Positions 36,701 through 50,942 of a DNA stretch of 64,000 bases are shown piece by piece. The DNA is taken from positions 17,484,001 through 17,548,000 of the forward strand of contig OZ024760.1 in assembly GCA_964016885.1 (NCBI GenBank), given 5' to 3'. How positions within the stretch are numbered: position 1 is the stretch's first letter; the number at the start of each line of letters is the position of its first letter. Origin of the DNA: Eledone cirrhosa (taxonomy: Eukaryota). The notes under the pieces were generated by a model. That model was not told the DNA's origin, did no database searches, and was given only the letters and a program-made list of their open reading frames with translations. The translations under genes were made by a program, and so were the position numbers.

Positions 36701-39700
36701 ACTTCCAATGTTTACAATATTTCTACGAAGTTACGTTATTTATTTTAACATTTCTTCGTCGTTTTTCATCAACAGAGTCATATTACTGAGTTGTGAATGT
36801 TATTATGGCGAATACATTGTTGTTTCTTAGTCTGGTTTTGTATATTTATTTTGTTGAATCCGATAGAGCGACCATGTAAAAACTTGGTGTTATGTCGTAA
36901 CTTTTAAACAAATTTTTAGTATAAATCAAGAGAAAGTAATCGGGCAGACCTTCAGCTGTATTCTGTCAAGATTTATTTCCCTTTGACTATAAAATTTATA
37001 AAGATGGAGTTAGGGGAGAAAGATAGTAACAAAGATATAAAGGGGGTGCAGAGAGAGAGAAATGAGAGAGATATATAGAGGGGGTGCGGAGAGAGAGAAA
37101 TGAGAGAGATATAAAGAGGGTGTGAGGGGAGAGAGAAAATAAAGATATAGAGAGGGTGTGAGGGGAGAGAGAAAGTAAGTAATATATATAGAGGGAGTAA
37201 GGGGAGAGAGAAAGTAAAAAAGAGATAGAGGGTATAACGAGAGAAAGAGAGGGAGAGAGAGAAAGTAATAAAGAGAGAGAAAGAGAGAGAAAGTAATAAA
37301 GAGAGATAGGGAGAACTACGCTACAGTGATGTACACATTCACACACACACATTTATATATACACTAACACACACACAGCACTAACTTATCGTCTGCCACC
37401 AACAACATCCAATGTTTACAATATTTCTACGAAGTTACGTTATTTATTTTAACAAGATTTATCAAGATTTATTTTGTCAAGATTTATTTCCCTTCGACTA
37501 TAAAATTTATAAAGAGGGAGTTAGGGAAGAAAGATAGTAACAAAGATATACAGGGGGTGAGGGGAGAGAGAAGTAACAAAGATATACAGGGGGTGAGGGG
37601 AGAGAGAAATAACAAACATATAAAGAGGGTGTGAGGGGAGAGAGAAATAACAAAGATATAAAGAGGGTGTGAGCGGAGAGAGAAAATAAAGATATAGAGA
37701 GGGTGTGAGGGGAGAGAGAAAATAAAGATATATAGAGGGTGTGAGGGGGGAGAGAAAGTAAGAAAGATATAGAGAGGGGTATGAGGGGAGCGAGAAAGTA
37801 ACAAAGAGATAGAGGGTATAAGGAGAGAAAGAGAGGGTATCAGGAGAAAGAAAGAGAGGGTATCAGGAGAAAGAAAGAGAGAGTATGAGGAGAGAAAGAA
37901 AGGGAGGGAGGAGAGAGAGAAAGTAATACAGAAAGAGAGAGAGGGAGAACTACGCTACAGTGATGTACACATTCACACACACACACATTTATATATACAC
38001 TAACACATACACAGCAGTAACTTATCGTCTGCCACCAACAACATCCAATGTTTACAATATTTCTACGAAGTTACGTTATTTATTTTATCACTTATTCGTC
38101 GTTTTTCCTCAACAGAGTCATATTACTGAGTTGTGAATGTTATTATGGCGAATACATTGTTGTTTCTTAGTCTGGTTTTGTATATTTATTTTGTTGAATC
38201 CGATAGAGCGACCATGTAAAAACTTGGTGTTGTTATGTCGTAACTTTTAAACAAATTTTAGTAAAAATCAAGAGAAAGTAATCGGGCAGACCTTCAGCTG
38301 TATTCTGTCAAGATTTATTTCCCTTGGTCTATAAAATTTATAAAGAGGGAGTTAGGGGAGAAAGATAGTAACAAAGATATACAGGGGGTGAGGGGAGAGA
38401 GAAATAACAAAGATATACAGGGGGTGAGAAATAACAAAGATATAAAGAGGGTGTGAGGGGAGAGAGAAAGGAACAAAGATATAAAGGGTGTGAGGGGAGA
38501 GAGAAAGTACCAGAGATATAGAGAGTTGTATGAGGGGAGAGAAAAAGAAACAAAGAGGTAGAGAATATAAGGAGAGAAAGAGAGGGAGGAGAAGAGAGAG
38601 ACAGTAATAAAATAAGACGGTGGGGGAGGGAGAACGTAAGACGGAGATAGAGAGAAAGTGAGGGGAGGGAGAAAGTAAGAAAGAGATAGAGAGGGAGGGG
38701 AGGGAGAATGTAAGAAAGAGATAGAGAGGGAGGGGAGAGAGAAAGTAAGAAAGAGATAGAGAGGGAGGATAGAGAGGGAGGAGAGAGAGAGAGAAATAAA
38801 CGTGTTGGGTTGACTGAAGTGTAGGTGTAATGAGAGAGAGAAAGAGAGTGAGGGAGAACGACGCTACAGTGATGTACACATTCACACACACACACATATA
38901 TATACACTAACACACACACAGCAGTAACTTATCGTCTGCCACAAACAACATCCAATGTTTACAATATTTCTACGAAGTTACGTTATTTATTTTAACATAT
39001 CTTCGTCGTTTTTCATCAACAGAGTCATATTACTGAGTTGTGAATGTTATTATGGCGAATACATTGTTGTTTCTTAGTCTGGTTTTGTATATTTATTTTG
39101 TTGAATCCGATAGAGCGACCATGTAAAAACTTGGTGTTGTTATGTCGTAACTTTTAAACAAATTTTTAGTAAAAATCAAGAGAAAGTAATCGGGCAGACC
39201 TTCAGCTGTATTCTGTCAAGATTTATTTCCCTTCTACTATAAAATTTATAAAGAGGGTGTTAGGGGAGAAAGATAGTAACAAAGCTATACAGGGGGTGAA
39301 GGGAGAGAGAAGTAACAAAGATATACAGGGGGTGAGGGGAGAGAGAAGTAACAAATATATACAGGCGGTGAGGGGAGAGAGAAATAACAAAGATATAAAG
39401 AGTGTGTGAGGAGAGAGAGAAAATAAAGATATAGAGAGGGTGTGAGGGGAGAGAGAAAATAAAGATATAGAGAGGGAGTGAGGGGAGAGAGAAGATAAAG
39501 ATATATAGAGGGTGTGAGGGGAGAGAGAAAGTAAGAAAGATATAGAGAGGGGTATGAGGGGAGCGAGAAAGTAACAAAGAGATAGAGGGTATAAGGAGAG
39601 AAAGAGAGGGTATGAGGAGAGAAAGAAAGAGAGGGTATGAGGAGAGAAAGAACGGGAGGGAAGAGAGAGAGAAAGTAATACAGAGAGATAAAGAGAGAGA

Positions 39701-42700
39701 GGGAGAACTACGCTACAGTGATGTACACATTCACACACACACATTTATATATACACTAACACACACACAGCAGTAACTTATCGTCTGCCACTAACAACAT
39801 CCAATGTTTACAATATTTCTACGAAGTTACGTTATTTATTTTAACATTTCTTCGTCGTTTTTCATCAACAGAGTCATATTACTGAGTTGTGAATGTTATT
39901 ATGGCGAATATATTGTTGTTTCTTAGTCTGGTTTTGTATATTTATTTTGTTGAATCTGATAGAGCGACCATGTAAAAACTTGGTGTTGTTATGTCGTAAC
40001 TTTTAAACAAATTTTAGTAAAAATCAAGAGCAAGTAATCGGGCAGACCTTCAGCTGTATTCTGTCAAGATTTATTTCCCTTGGACTATAAAATTTATAAA
40101 GAGGGAGTTAGGGGAGAAAGATAGTAACAAAGATATACAGGGGGTGAGGGGAGAGAGAAATAACAAAGATATAAAGAGGGTGTGAGGGGAGAGAGAAAAT
40201 AAAGATATAAAGAGGGTGTGAGGGGAGAGAGAAAGTAAAGATATAGAGAGGGTGTGAGGGGAGAGAGAAAATAAAGATATAGAGAGGGAGTGAGGGGAGA
40301 GAGAAAATAAAGATATAGAGAGGGAGTGAGGGGAGAGAGAAAATAAAGATATATAGAGGGTGTGAGGGGAGAGAGAAAGTAACAAAGATATATAGAGGGA
40401 GTAAGGGGAGAGAGAAAGTAAGAAAGATATAGAGGGTATACGGAGAGAAAGAGAGGGAGAGAGAGAAAGTAAGAAAGAGAGAGAAAGAGAGAGAGGGAGA
40501 ACTACGCTACAGTGATGTACACATTAACACACACACATTTATATATACACTAACACATACACAGCAGTAACTTATCGTCTGCCACCAACAACAACCAATG
40601 TTTACAATATTTCTACGAAGTTACGTTATTTACTTTAACATTTCTTCGTCGTTTTTCATCAACAGAGTCATATTACTGAGTTGTGAATGTTATTATGGCG
40701 AATACATTGTTGTTTCTTAGTCTGGTTTTGTATATTTATTTTGTTGAATCCGATAGAGCGACCATGTAAAAACTTGATGTTGTTATGTCGTAACTTTTAA
40801 ACAAATTTTAGTAAAAATCAGGAGAAAGTAATCGGGCAGACCTTCAGCTGTATTTTGTCAAGATCTATTTCCCTTCTACTATAAAATTTATAAAGAGGGA
40901 GTTAGGGGAGAAAGATAGTAACAAAGATATACAGGGGGTGAGGGGAGAGAGAAATAACAAAGATATACAGGGGGTGAGGGGAGAGAGAAATAACAAAGAT
41001 ATAAAGAGGGTGTGAGGGGAGAGAGAAATAACAAAGATATAAAGAGGGTGTGAGTGGAGAGAGAAAATAAAGATATATAGAGGGTGCGAGGGGAAAGAGA
41101 AAGTAAGAAAGATATAGAGAGGGGTATGAGGAGAGCGAGAAAGTAACAAAGAGATAGAGGGTATAAGGAGAGAAGGAGAGGGTATGAGGAGAGAAAGAAA
41201 GAGAGGGTATGAGGAGAGAAAGAAAGAGAGGGTTTGAGGAGAGAAAGAAAGAGAGGGTTTGAGGAGAGAAAGAAAGAGAGGGTATGGGGAGAGAAAGAAA
41301 GAGAGTGTATGAGGAGAGAAAGAAAGAGAGGGTATGAGGAGAGAAAGAGAGGGTATGAGGAGAGAAAGAAAGAGAGGGTATGAGGAGAGAAAGAAAGGGA
41401 GGGAGGAGAGAGAGAAAGTAATAAAGAGAGAGAAAGAGAGAGAGGGAGAACTACGCTACAGTGATGTACACATTCACACACACACATTTATATATACACT
41501 AACACATACACAGTAGTAACTTATCGTCTGCCACAAACAACATCCAATGTTTACAATATTTCTACGAAGTTACGTTATTTATTTTACCATTTATTCGTCG
41601 TTTTTCATCAACAGAGTCATATTACTGAGTTGTGAATGTTATTATGGCGAATACATTGTTGTTTCTTAGTCTGGTTTTGTATATTTATTTTGTTGAATCC
41701 GATAGAGCGACCATGTAAAAACTTGATGTCGTTATGTCGTAACTTTTAAACAAATTTTTAGTAAAAATCAAGAGAAAGTAATCGGGCAGACCTTCAGCTG
41801 TATTCTGTCAAGATTTATTTCCCTTCTACCATAAAATTTATAAAGAGGGAGTTAGGGGAGAAAGAGAGTAACAAAGCTATACAGGGGGTGAGGGGGGAGA
41901 GAAGTAACAAAGATATACAGGGGGTGAGGGGAGAGAGAAGTAACAAAGATATACAGGGGGTGAGGGGAGAGAGAAGTAACAAAGATATACAGGCGGTGAG
42001 GGGAGAGAGAAGTAACAAAGATATACAGGCGGTGAGGGGAGAGAGAAGTAACAAAGATATACAGGCGGTGAGGGGAGAGAGAAGTAACAAAGATATACAG
42101 GCGGTGAGGGGAGAGAGAAATAACAAAGATATAAAGAGGGTGTGAGGGGAGAGAGAAAATAAAGATATATAGAGGGTGTGGGGGGGAGAGAGAAATAAGA
42201 AAGATATAGAGAGGGGTATGAGGGGAGCGAGAAGTAACAAAGAGATAGAGTGTATAAGGAGAGAAAGAGAGGGTATGAGGAGAGAAAGAAAGAGAGGGTA
42301 TGAGGAGAGAAAGAACGGGAGGGAGGAGAGAGAGAAAGTAATACAGAGAGATAAAGAGAGAGAGGGAGAACTACGATACAGTGATGTACACATTCACACA
42401 CACACATTTATATATACACTAACACATACACAGTAGTAACTTATCGTCTGCCACCTACAACATCCAATGTTTACAATATTTCTACGAAGTTACGTTATAT
42501 ATTTTAACATTTCTTCGTTGTTTTTCATCAACAGAGTCATATTACTGAGTTGTGAATGTTATTATGGCGAATACATTGTTGTTTCTTAGTCTGGTTTTGT
42601 ATATTTATTTTGTTGAATCCGATAGAGCGACCATGTAAAAACTTGATGTTGTTATGTCGTAACTTTTAAACAAATTTTAGTAAAAATCAGGAGAAAGTAA

Positions 42701-43665
42701 TCGGGCAGACCTTCAGCTGTATTTTGTCAAGATCTATTTCCCTTCTACTATAAAATTTATAAAGAGGGAGTTAAGGGAGAAAGATAGTAACAAAGATATA
42801 CAGGGGGTGAGGGGAGAGAGAAATAACAAAGATATACAGGGGGTGAGAAATAACAAAGATATAAAGAGGGTGTGAGGGGAGAGAGAAAGGAACAAAGATA
42901 TAGAGGGTGTGAGGGGAGAGAGAAAGTAACAAAGATATAGAGAGTTGTATGAGGGGAGAGAGAAAGAAACAAAGAGGTAGAGAATATAAGGAGAGAAAGA
43001 GAGGGAGGAGGAGAGAAAGAGAGGGAGGAGGAGAGAGAGACAGTAATAAAATAAGACGGTGGGGGAGGGAGAACGTAAGACGGAGATAGAGAGAAAGTGA
43101 GGGGAGGGAGAAAGTAAGAAAGAGATAGAGAGGAAATGAGGGGAGGTAGAAAGTAAGAAAGAGATAGAGAGGGAGGGGAGGGAGAATGTAAGAAAGAGAT
43201 AGAGAGGGAGGGGAGAGAGAAAGTAAGAAAGAGATAGAGAGGGAGGAGAGAGAGAGAGAAATAAACGTGTTGGGTTGACTGAAGTGTAGGTGTAATGAGA
43301 GAGAGAAAGAGAGGGAGGGAGAACGACGCTACAGTGATGTACACATTCACACACATATATATACACTAACACACACACAGTAGTAACTTATCGTCTGCCA
43401 CAAACAACATCCAATGTTTACAATATTTCTACGAAGTTACGTTAATTATTTTAACATTTCTTCGTCGTTTTTCATTAAAATGGTGAATACGTTGTTGTGT
43501 CTTAGTCTGGTTTTATACGTTTATTTTTATCTGGTAGAGCAACTTAGCAAAGACTTTGTGTCGTTATGTCGTAACTTTGAAACCAATACTAATAACAGTT
43601 GAAGTCATGCAGGCTTTCAGCTGTATTTCTTCAAGATTATTTCCCTTTGACTATATAATGTTTAT
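33790..43665. repeat. Macrosatellite: ~12 units (~0.65-1.1 kb), each a conserved ~400-bp block plus a variable GA-rich spacer
   Basis: Anchor TAACTTATCGTCTGC (one variant copy) near 34028, 35126, 35721, 36677, 37381, 38017, 38924, 39773, 40567, 41516, 42436, 43384. Confidence 0.92.
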
Positions 43666-43718
43666 TTAGTTATTATTTCTGGCAATATTATTACAATATG
43701 ACCCTCCCCAAGTATAAT

Positions 43719-43767
<49 letters not shown>

Positions 43768-43845
43768 GAAGTATTTCCGTAGGAAAGGTAAAGGAAAAGA
43801 GAGTGCTCTATGTAGGCTACAGAGCTTTATATATATATATATATA

Positions 43846-44753
43846 CTAGCAGAATGACCCGGCGTTGCTCGGACTTCTAAACATAGATTGGCATGTTTAT
43901 CCCCCTTTTCTGAAACAGTACAGAGAAGTATACCTCGACCTGGGGATGATGTCTACATTTCGTGCTTAGGCAAATCATTTTCCATTAAAATTTTTCAAAA
44001 GCATGTAATTGCGTTCCCTCTCTTTTTTGTTGTTGTTTTTGCTGCTGTTGGTGTGATAGCAGTCGCTGGTCGTACTATTAACACAGTCTCGTTCTTCTTC
44101 AGCCAATCGTGTATATCCCCTTCTGCCTCGTCTACCTAAACAATGATTGTAGCATCTCCTTGTACACAATGTTCCTTGTTCTTCCGTGTCGGGCATATGC
44201 AAAGAGATTTTTCTTGCTTCCCACTCTTGAGCAGCCAACGTATAGTTGCCCGTGTGAAAAACATGACTCTTCCAAAAGAAGACCAGCAACAGCTAGGGTC
44301 TGACCCTGGGTTTTGTTGATAGACATTACAAAGCTGACACGGTTCGGCGAATGGTTCATTGGTTGTCTATTTCAAGTGCTCTTCTGGTGGCAGTACATTC
44401 AGCATCTTGCGACCGTCGAATAGCAGATTCCACTGACGATTCGTTTGCCCGCCTTGTTCTTTTTCTTGCCCCTTTCGCAGTATTTCGGCCAATGGAGTAT
44501 CTCTTTCTTCGAGGCATGACCTAAAAGCAGGACGAAGTACACTAAGACTAATTGGTAGGGTAAGGAGTAAACTCGTCAGTGATGCATGTGATTTCAGAAC
44601 CGTTGACTATGTAATTGCTGGCCTTGTGCCAATAGTAGTGTGACATTTTGGGTGGCATATCGGCAGTAACAATGATGATAAGCCGTCTGTGCTTTCGTGA
44701 AATAAATAAGTTTGTTTATATTTTGTTTTTGTGTATGCAAAACATCTGTACAC

Positions 44754-44755
<2 letters not shown>
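43846..44755 (-). mobile_element. Internally deleted Helitron retaining the Pif1-like helicase C-terminus and 3' terminus; 5' end uncertain
   Basis: FVMSINKTQGQTL..CFSHGQLYVGCSRV..TRNIVYKEML (44132-44335). The minus-strand end CCGAGCAACGCCGGG hairpin plus CTAG|T is at 43846. Confidence 0.88.
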
Positions 44756-44850
<95 letters not shown>

Positions 44851-45145
44851 TAACAGATTAAAGTTTAAGCAAAGAATCGCTGCTTTCACCCTTAACGGGA
44901 TCTTCTGAAACTAAAAAATTCAGTCTGTGAACGCAGAAGTAAATATTTCGAAAAACGTTGCAACCGAAGGAAAACAGGAAGACGATACTTTGGTTCATGA
45001 AGACGTTCCTTGGCAATGAACGGAAAATAGCGAAGATAATACGTCAGCAATGAGAACAATTTTTGTCATAATGTCGTAACGCAGACAGCCAGAGATACAG
45101 ACAGATATTATAAGGGCGCGACGTTATAGCTATATATCTATCTAA

Positions 45146-45228
<83 letters not shown>

Positions 45229-45654
45229 TCGATAACCGGCGCCTAACAACCCTTTTAACAACAGAAAATTGAAAAATAAAAGCTGCAGTTAATATCTTTA
45301 GACCGCAAGGAATATATATATATATACAAGTTTGAAGTCAATCGGAGTAGAAATGTGGATTTGTATACACTTTGCAAAAATTAAGACACGCACACAGACA
45401 ATTTCAGTTTTATATATATGTATAGAAGATGTGTTTATATATATATATATATATATTAGAAAGTGAACAACACAAAATATAACTACTCCATTACCAAAGG
45501 TTTCTGGATCCCAGACAATAATAATATCGTCTGGAATCCAGAACCCTTTGGTAATGCAGTAGTTATATTTTGTGTTGTTCACTTTCTAATTAAATAGCTC
45601 TGTTCTATACATAGAGCACTCTTTTTTCCTTTGCTTTTCCTTCGGAATTACCTA

Positions 45655-45697
<43 letters not shown>

Positions 45698-45924
45698 TGC
45701 GCATGTGTGTGTGTGTGCGTGCGCATGTGTGTGTGTGTGCGTGCGCATGTGTGTGTATATATATGTGTATATATACCTGTATATATACATTATATATGTA
45801 TGTGTATATATATATATATATATATACACGCATATATGTGTGTGTGTATATATATATATATGTGTGAATATATATATATATATATATATATATACGCATA
45901 TATGTGTGTGTGTATAAGTATATA

Positions 45925-45957
<33 letters not shown>

Positions 45958-46259
45958 GTGTGTGTGAATATATATATATATATATAACGAGAGTTATGTT
46001 GTTAACAGTCGACATCTGACAGCACTTCCGTCCCTGTAGAATTTATTCTGAGCCGGCAATGCTCTTCGGTAACACAGCCAGGCCTGCGATTTCTGGAAAT
46101 TATCCATGGGCCCTAGACGAAACGTTCACCGTAAAAGTTTATCTTCGGCGACGAATGGTATCTTCTCGAGAACGTCGTCGCTTTAACCCACCACTAATCG
46201 TTCAGAGAACACCAAATTGGAGTTTCCAACGACCGCATTGCCCGACTCACAGAGGGCTG

Positions 46260-47200
46260 TGAGCGTCTGGTAACATTTTAGTTGCCAAGTGCACCTCCTC
46301 GCCGTCGCCCCGCGTCCTATGGATTTTCACTTGACTTAAGACTTCAGCTATGTCATAGGGACAAGCTGAGGAAATATAAGTATGACAAATCTTAGAGCTC
46401 TAGCCCTAATAATCTTCTTAAGTCATACGATATTTTGAGGCAGTGGTGAAGCATTGACAAAGTCCTCAGTTGACCATTACAGCACATAGATCCGTTCCTT
46501 TGAGGTATATGTCAATCTCGATGATTGATTTCAAGGTGATATACGGCATGCCAACTCGTTTCTGTGCATCACGAGCCCAGAGGAGCAATCTTCCAGCGGG
46601 TTCATCATGGCGAGTGACATGGCCGGCAAGGGACAGACAACGGCGCCTCATAACATCAGAGATATGAGACAGGAATCTATACAGGGACTTGTTTGTTAGA
46701 TGACATCTCCAGATGTTGTATGTTGAGCGTAGCATTCTGGTGTATGTACCATCAAGTCTCTAGCTGTGAACATCATTCAACGTACACGACTTTGAACCGT
46801 ACAGAAGAATCGTTTCTATACAGGCCAGAAACGTCCTTGTTTTTGTGTCCTTATGGATGGCTGCCTTCCACACTCCCTGTAAAGAATGAAAGGTTCACCA
46901 CGTCAGAGCAATCTTGACATCCATGTCGCAGCCAGAGTCACTGTAATCACTCAGATACTTGAAGTCACTCGCACGTTCGATATCTGAGCCATCTGATGTG
47001 TGCAGACGATCGTTGGTAGATGGAATCACGCATAGTTACATCGTGTTTAGTGCATTCAGAAACAGACGAACGTCTTGGCATGCCTTCTCAACTCTGGTGA
47101 TGAGATCCTGTGCAGATTCGATCGTATTTTCGAGAAGCATAATGTCGCCAGCGTAGTCAAGATCAACTATGACTTTGGCAAGATGGCGGTGACTATGACT
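46260..47200 (-). mobile_element. Decayed RTE-clade LINE 3' part
   Basis: DLDYAGDIMLL (YADD-like), SDFKYLS, RRRCLSLAGHVTRH. Confidence 0.8.
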
Positions 47201-48213
47201 TCGGAACTATGACAATGACTATGATTTCGGCACTATGACCTCGGCACAATGACGGTGACTATGATTTCGGCACTATGACCTCGGCACTATGATGGTAACT
47301 ATGATGTCGTCTCAGTGTTAGACCATTAGTTTCAGTGAACAAAATGTGCAACAACAACATTAATAATAATAATGGTTTCTGGATAAGACCAGTAATTTGG
47401 GGAAAGGGGGAAAGTCGATTAAATCGACACCAGTGCATTACTGGTACTTTATTTTATCGAGCCTGTAAGGACGAAAGGCAAAGCTAACCTCAGCAGAATT
47501 TGAGGTTAACTTTGCCTTTCATCCTTACGGGGTCGATAAAATAAAGTACCAGTAATGTACTTGGTAATAATAATAATAATAATAATTGTTTCTACTTTAG
47601 GCACAAGGCCAGCAATTACCCAGTACATTACTGGTACTTTATTTTATCGACCCCGTAAGGATGAAAGGCAAAGTCAACCTCGGCGGGATTTGAACTCAGG
47701 CTGTAAAGGGACGTAACTATGCTAGAAAGCATGGCGTCCAACCCTCTACCGATACTGTCAATTCACTTAATAATAATAATAATGAAAAAGCAACAACAAC
47801 AGCAATAATAATAAAGTTTTGGCACTTATTAAAAAAAAATATTGTTTATCCTCTTGTAATATTTGGGCGGTGTTGGATTAATGTTTAGAGATCCGCCCCC
47901 TTCTCCTAAACTCTCTAATCGGTATTGATTTGTAATCGATTTTTAACTAACACCCAGTATCGGTCAACACAACCACCTTACTATGGGCGTGAGGTGCGTA
48001 AAGAAGCAATGTTATGTGTTTGTGTGTTGGATAGCTTATTGCTGTTTACACATCAGTGAAAAACTTAACAAACTTTGTTTTATAAACAACTGTCTGTCTA
48101 TATATCTATCTGTCTATCTATATGTATGTCTGTCTGTCTATCTATTTTTATAAAGAAATCTATCTATCTATCTATCTATCACTCTATTTATCTCTGTCCG
48201 TCTATCTATCTAC

Positions 48214-48692
48214 TGTCAAAAACGAAGGAGAGGCGGTTTTCCTTTGTGTGATAGTTATGGCGAAAGAGGTTGTATGGTGGACGAGGTTAAAAGGGCTGAG
48301 GTCAGACACCTTTCTCTCCGGCCAACAACTGATTCTTTTTTTCAAATACCACTTTGGAAGAAGAGTCAGGATGGAGAGAGAGGTGCTGTACCCCAGCAAG
48401 TTTTATGAAAGGTGGGTGAAAGTGGCGAGAATGGCCCGAGTGAATGGGCCTTCTCTCTATATCAGCCTGTAGGTTGAGGAAAAGGAGTAGGAGAGGAAAG
48501 GGGTACAAACTCTTCGTACTCCTGGAGATGAGGGTTGCACATTTTTTCGGGGGTATGTGTTACCCATATGAACTGTCTCCCCCTATTGGGGAAAATCGAC
48601 TAATTTTTGAAATTGCATTTGTGATAATATTTTACACGTTTTTATTGTATGTAAACTTCCCCCTTTGTATTTGTCCCCTTCTTTTGTGCCCC
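48214..48692 (+). mobile_element. L1/Tx1-like LINE 3' end (shorter copy at 51796-52038)
   Basis: KEVVWWTRLK..LILFFKYHF..FYERW C-terminal pattern. The shared 3'UTR ends in AATAAA in copy 2. Both copies lie within (CTAT)n. Confidence 0.6.
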
Positions 48693-48884
48693 TACATATC
48701 TATCTATCTGCCTGTTTGTCTAAATGTCTGTCTATCTATATGTCTATATATCTATCTATATGTCTATATATCTATCTGCCTGTTTGTCTCCAGATGAGGG
48801 ACAGAGAGAGAACGACGTTGAGAGTGAGAAGGAAAGATAGAGAACAATGGAGATAAAGAGAGAGAGAGAGAGAGGATACTTTTT

Positions 48885-49722
48885 AACTTGGTGTGTCATG
48901 CCTCTCCAGATGTAACTAGCTGTACCTCCAGATGTAACTTGGTGTACTACAAGATGTAACTAAGTGTGCCCCAGATGTAATTAGGTGTACCACAAGATGT
49001 GACTAGGTGTACCACAAGATGTGACTAGGTGTACCACAAGATGTAACTAGGTGTACCACAAGATGTGACTAGGTGTACCACAAGATGTAACTATGTGTGT
49101 CTCCAGATGAAACCAGGTGTGATCTCAGATGTAATTAGGTGTACCACAAGATGTAGCCATGTGAGCCTCCAGATGTAATTAGGTGTGCTCCTAAGATATA
49201 ATTAAGTGTGTATCCAGATGTAACTAGGTGTGCCTCCAGATGTAACAGTCTACCACAAGATGTGCTTACGTTTGCCCCCCAGATGAAACTAAGTGTGCCT
49301 CCAGATGTTACTAAGTGTACCACAAGATTTAAATATGCGTGTCTCCAGATGTAACTAAGTGTACCGCAAGATGTAAGTATGTGTGCATCCAGATGAAACC
49401 AGGTGTACCACAAGATGTAACTAAATGTGCCCTCAGATGTAATTAGGTGTACCACAAGATGTAACTAGGTGAACCAGAAGGTGTAACTATGTGAACCCCC
49501 AGATGTAACTAGGTGTTCCACAAGATGAAACTAAGTGTATCACAAGATGTAACTAGGTGTGCCTCCAGATGTAATGAGGAGTACCACAAGATGCGCTTAC
49601 GTATGCCTTCTGATGTAGAAGTGTGTTTCCAGATGTAACTTGGTGTACCTCCAGATGTAACTAAGTGTACCACAAGAAGTAAATACACGTGTCTCCAGAT
49701 GTAACGAGATGTACCACGAAAT
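48885..49722. repeat. 21-bp minisatellite (CAAGATGTAACTAGGTGTACC-like variants)
   Basis: About 39 diverged units. Confidence 0.9.
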
Positions 49723-50211
49723 AGCAAGATTTTATTTCAAAATGTGAAAAACACAAATTAAAAACTCGTAATAAAGTTTCTATATAACTATTAAAATGTG
49801 AAACAACTTAACTAGGAATGAACACATAGCCACAAAAACACCAAACACATGTTTGTCATTGATAACTTTGCTCCATTTATTGACTAAAGAAGAAAGAACA
49901 AATAATTTTTCTGTATTTTTAATTATCCATATTTATACTTTCTTTTTGCACCGTCCCGTAACTCCGGAAGTCGTCGGACGCCATATTGATATCCGGCGTT
50001 TTTAGGACATTACCCCCCCCCCCCCCCCCCCCCCCCCCCTGGTGGAGCCCATCTCCTTTCCAGGTCTGAATATAACAGATTTCTTCCAGAGAAGGATAGA
50101 AAGAGAGCGAGGGAATGGAAGTGAGAAAGAGGTATAGAGGAAGAATCGACCCCAGTTCTAGTATTGAGTCATTTTTTGGAACCACACTTTTCTTCTTTTT
50201 CGTCCACATAT

Positions 50212-50605
50212 TCCTGAGAGGGTCGTGGGGCCGAGTACTCAAGCACACCCTCCAGTGGACCCTGTCAGAAGCAACCATCTCCAGCTAGTTCGGCTGGATC
50301 CTCAAGCGAACCAGCCAAGCTCATGGACGTTATCTAACCATCTTGCTCGGGGTCTACCCCTGTGTCTCCTCGAGCCTGATTTAGCTTGTAAAATCTGTCC
50401 AGCGATTATTTCTTGAGACATTCTATCCATATACCCATAATATCGGAGTTGTGATCTCGTGATCTCTTAATTCGGAAAAGTAGTAGCTCTACCTGGAGTG
50501 ACTCTCTGATCTCTGAGCTACGCCTTCTATCGAGTAACTTTACTTCTAAGACTCTTCAGAGGAACCCCATTTCGGCCGCTTGCATTCGCGATCGTATTCT
50601 TTCGT
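50212..50605 (-). mobile_element. RTE-clade LINE 3' end
   Basis: Reverse complement of the family at 14773; ends in an AAGAAG-rich tail. Confidence 0.8.
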
Positions 50606-50644
50606 GACAAGCCTTACCTATGGTCACTTTATTAAACAATTTAA

Positions 50645-50942
50645 TGACAGTCGTTAGAACGTCAGATAGAATGACAGGCGTTAGAACGTCAGATAGAATG
50701 GCAGTCGTTAGAACGTCAGATAGAGTGACAGAGTCGTTAGAACGTCAGATAGAATGGCAGTCGTCAGAACGTCAGATAGAATGACAGTCGTTAGAACGTC
50801 AGATAGAATGACAGTCGTTAGAACGTCAGATAGAATGACAGTCGTCAGAACGTCAGATAGAATGACAGTTGTTAGAACGTCAGATAGAATGACAGTCGTT
50901 AGAACGTCAGATAGAATGACAGTCGTTAGAACGTCAGATAAA
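50645..50942 (+). repeat. 27-bp tandem repeat (~11 copies) of a SINE head segment
   Basis: GACAGTCGTTAGAACGTCAGATAGAAT repeated, continuing into SINE body sequence. Confidence 0.85.

Noticed and set aside
36019-43378. Many Leu/Ser-rich hydrophobic minus-strand ORFs
   Set aside because: Translations of CT-rich spacer strands of the macrosatellite; not conserved in frame between units
44870-44912. Minus-strand CAGAAGA-UCCC-GUUAA-GGGU-GAAA hammerhead-like motif (also CUGAAGA-AUGUCC-AA-GGACA-GAGA at ~52734)
   Set aside because: Core mutated and stems I/III not convincingly formed; possible relics but unsupported
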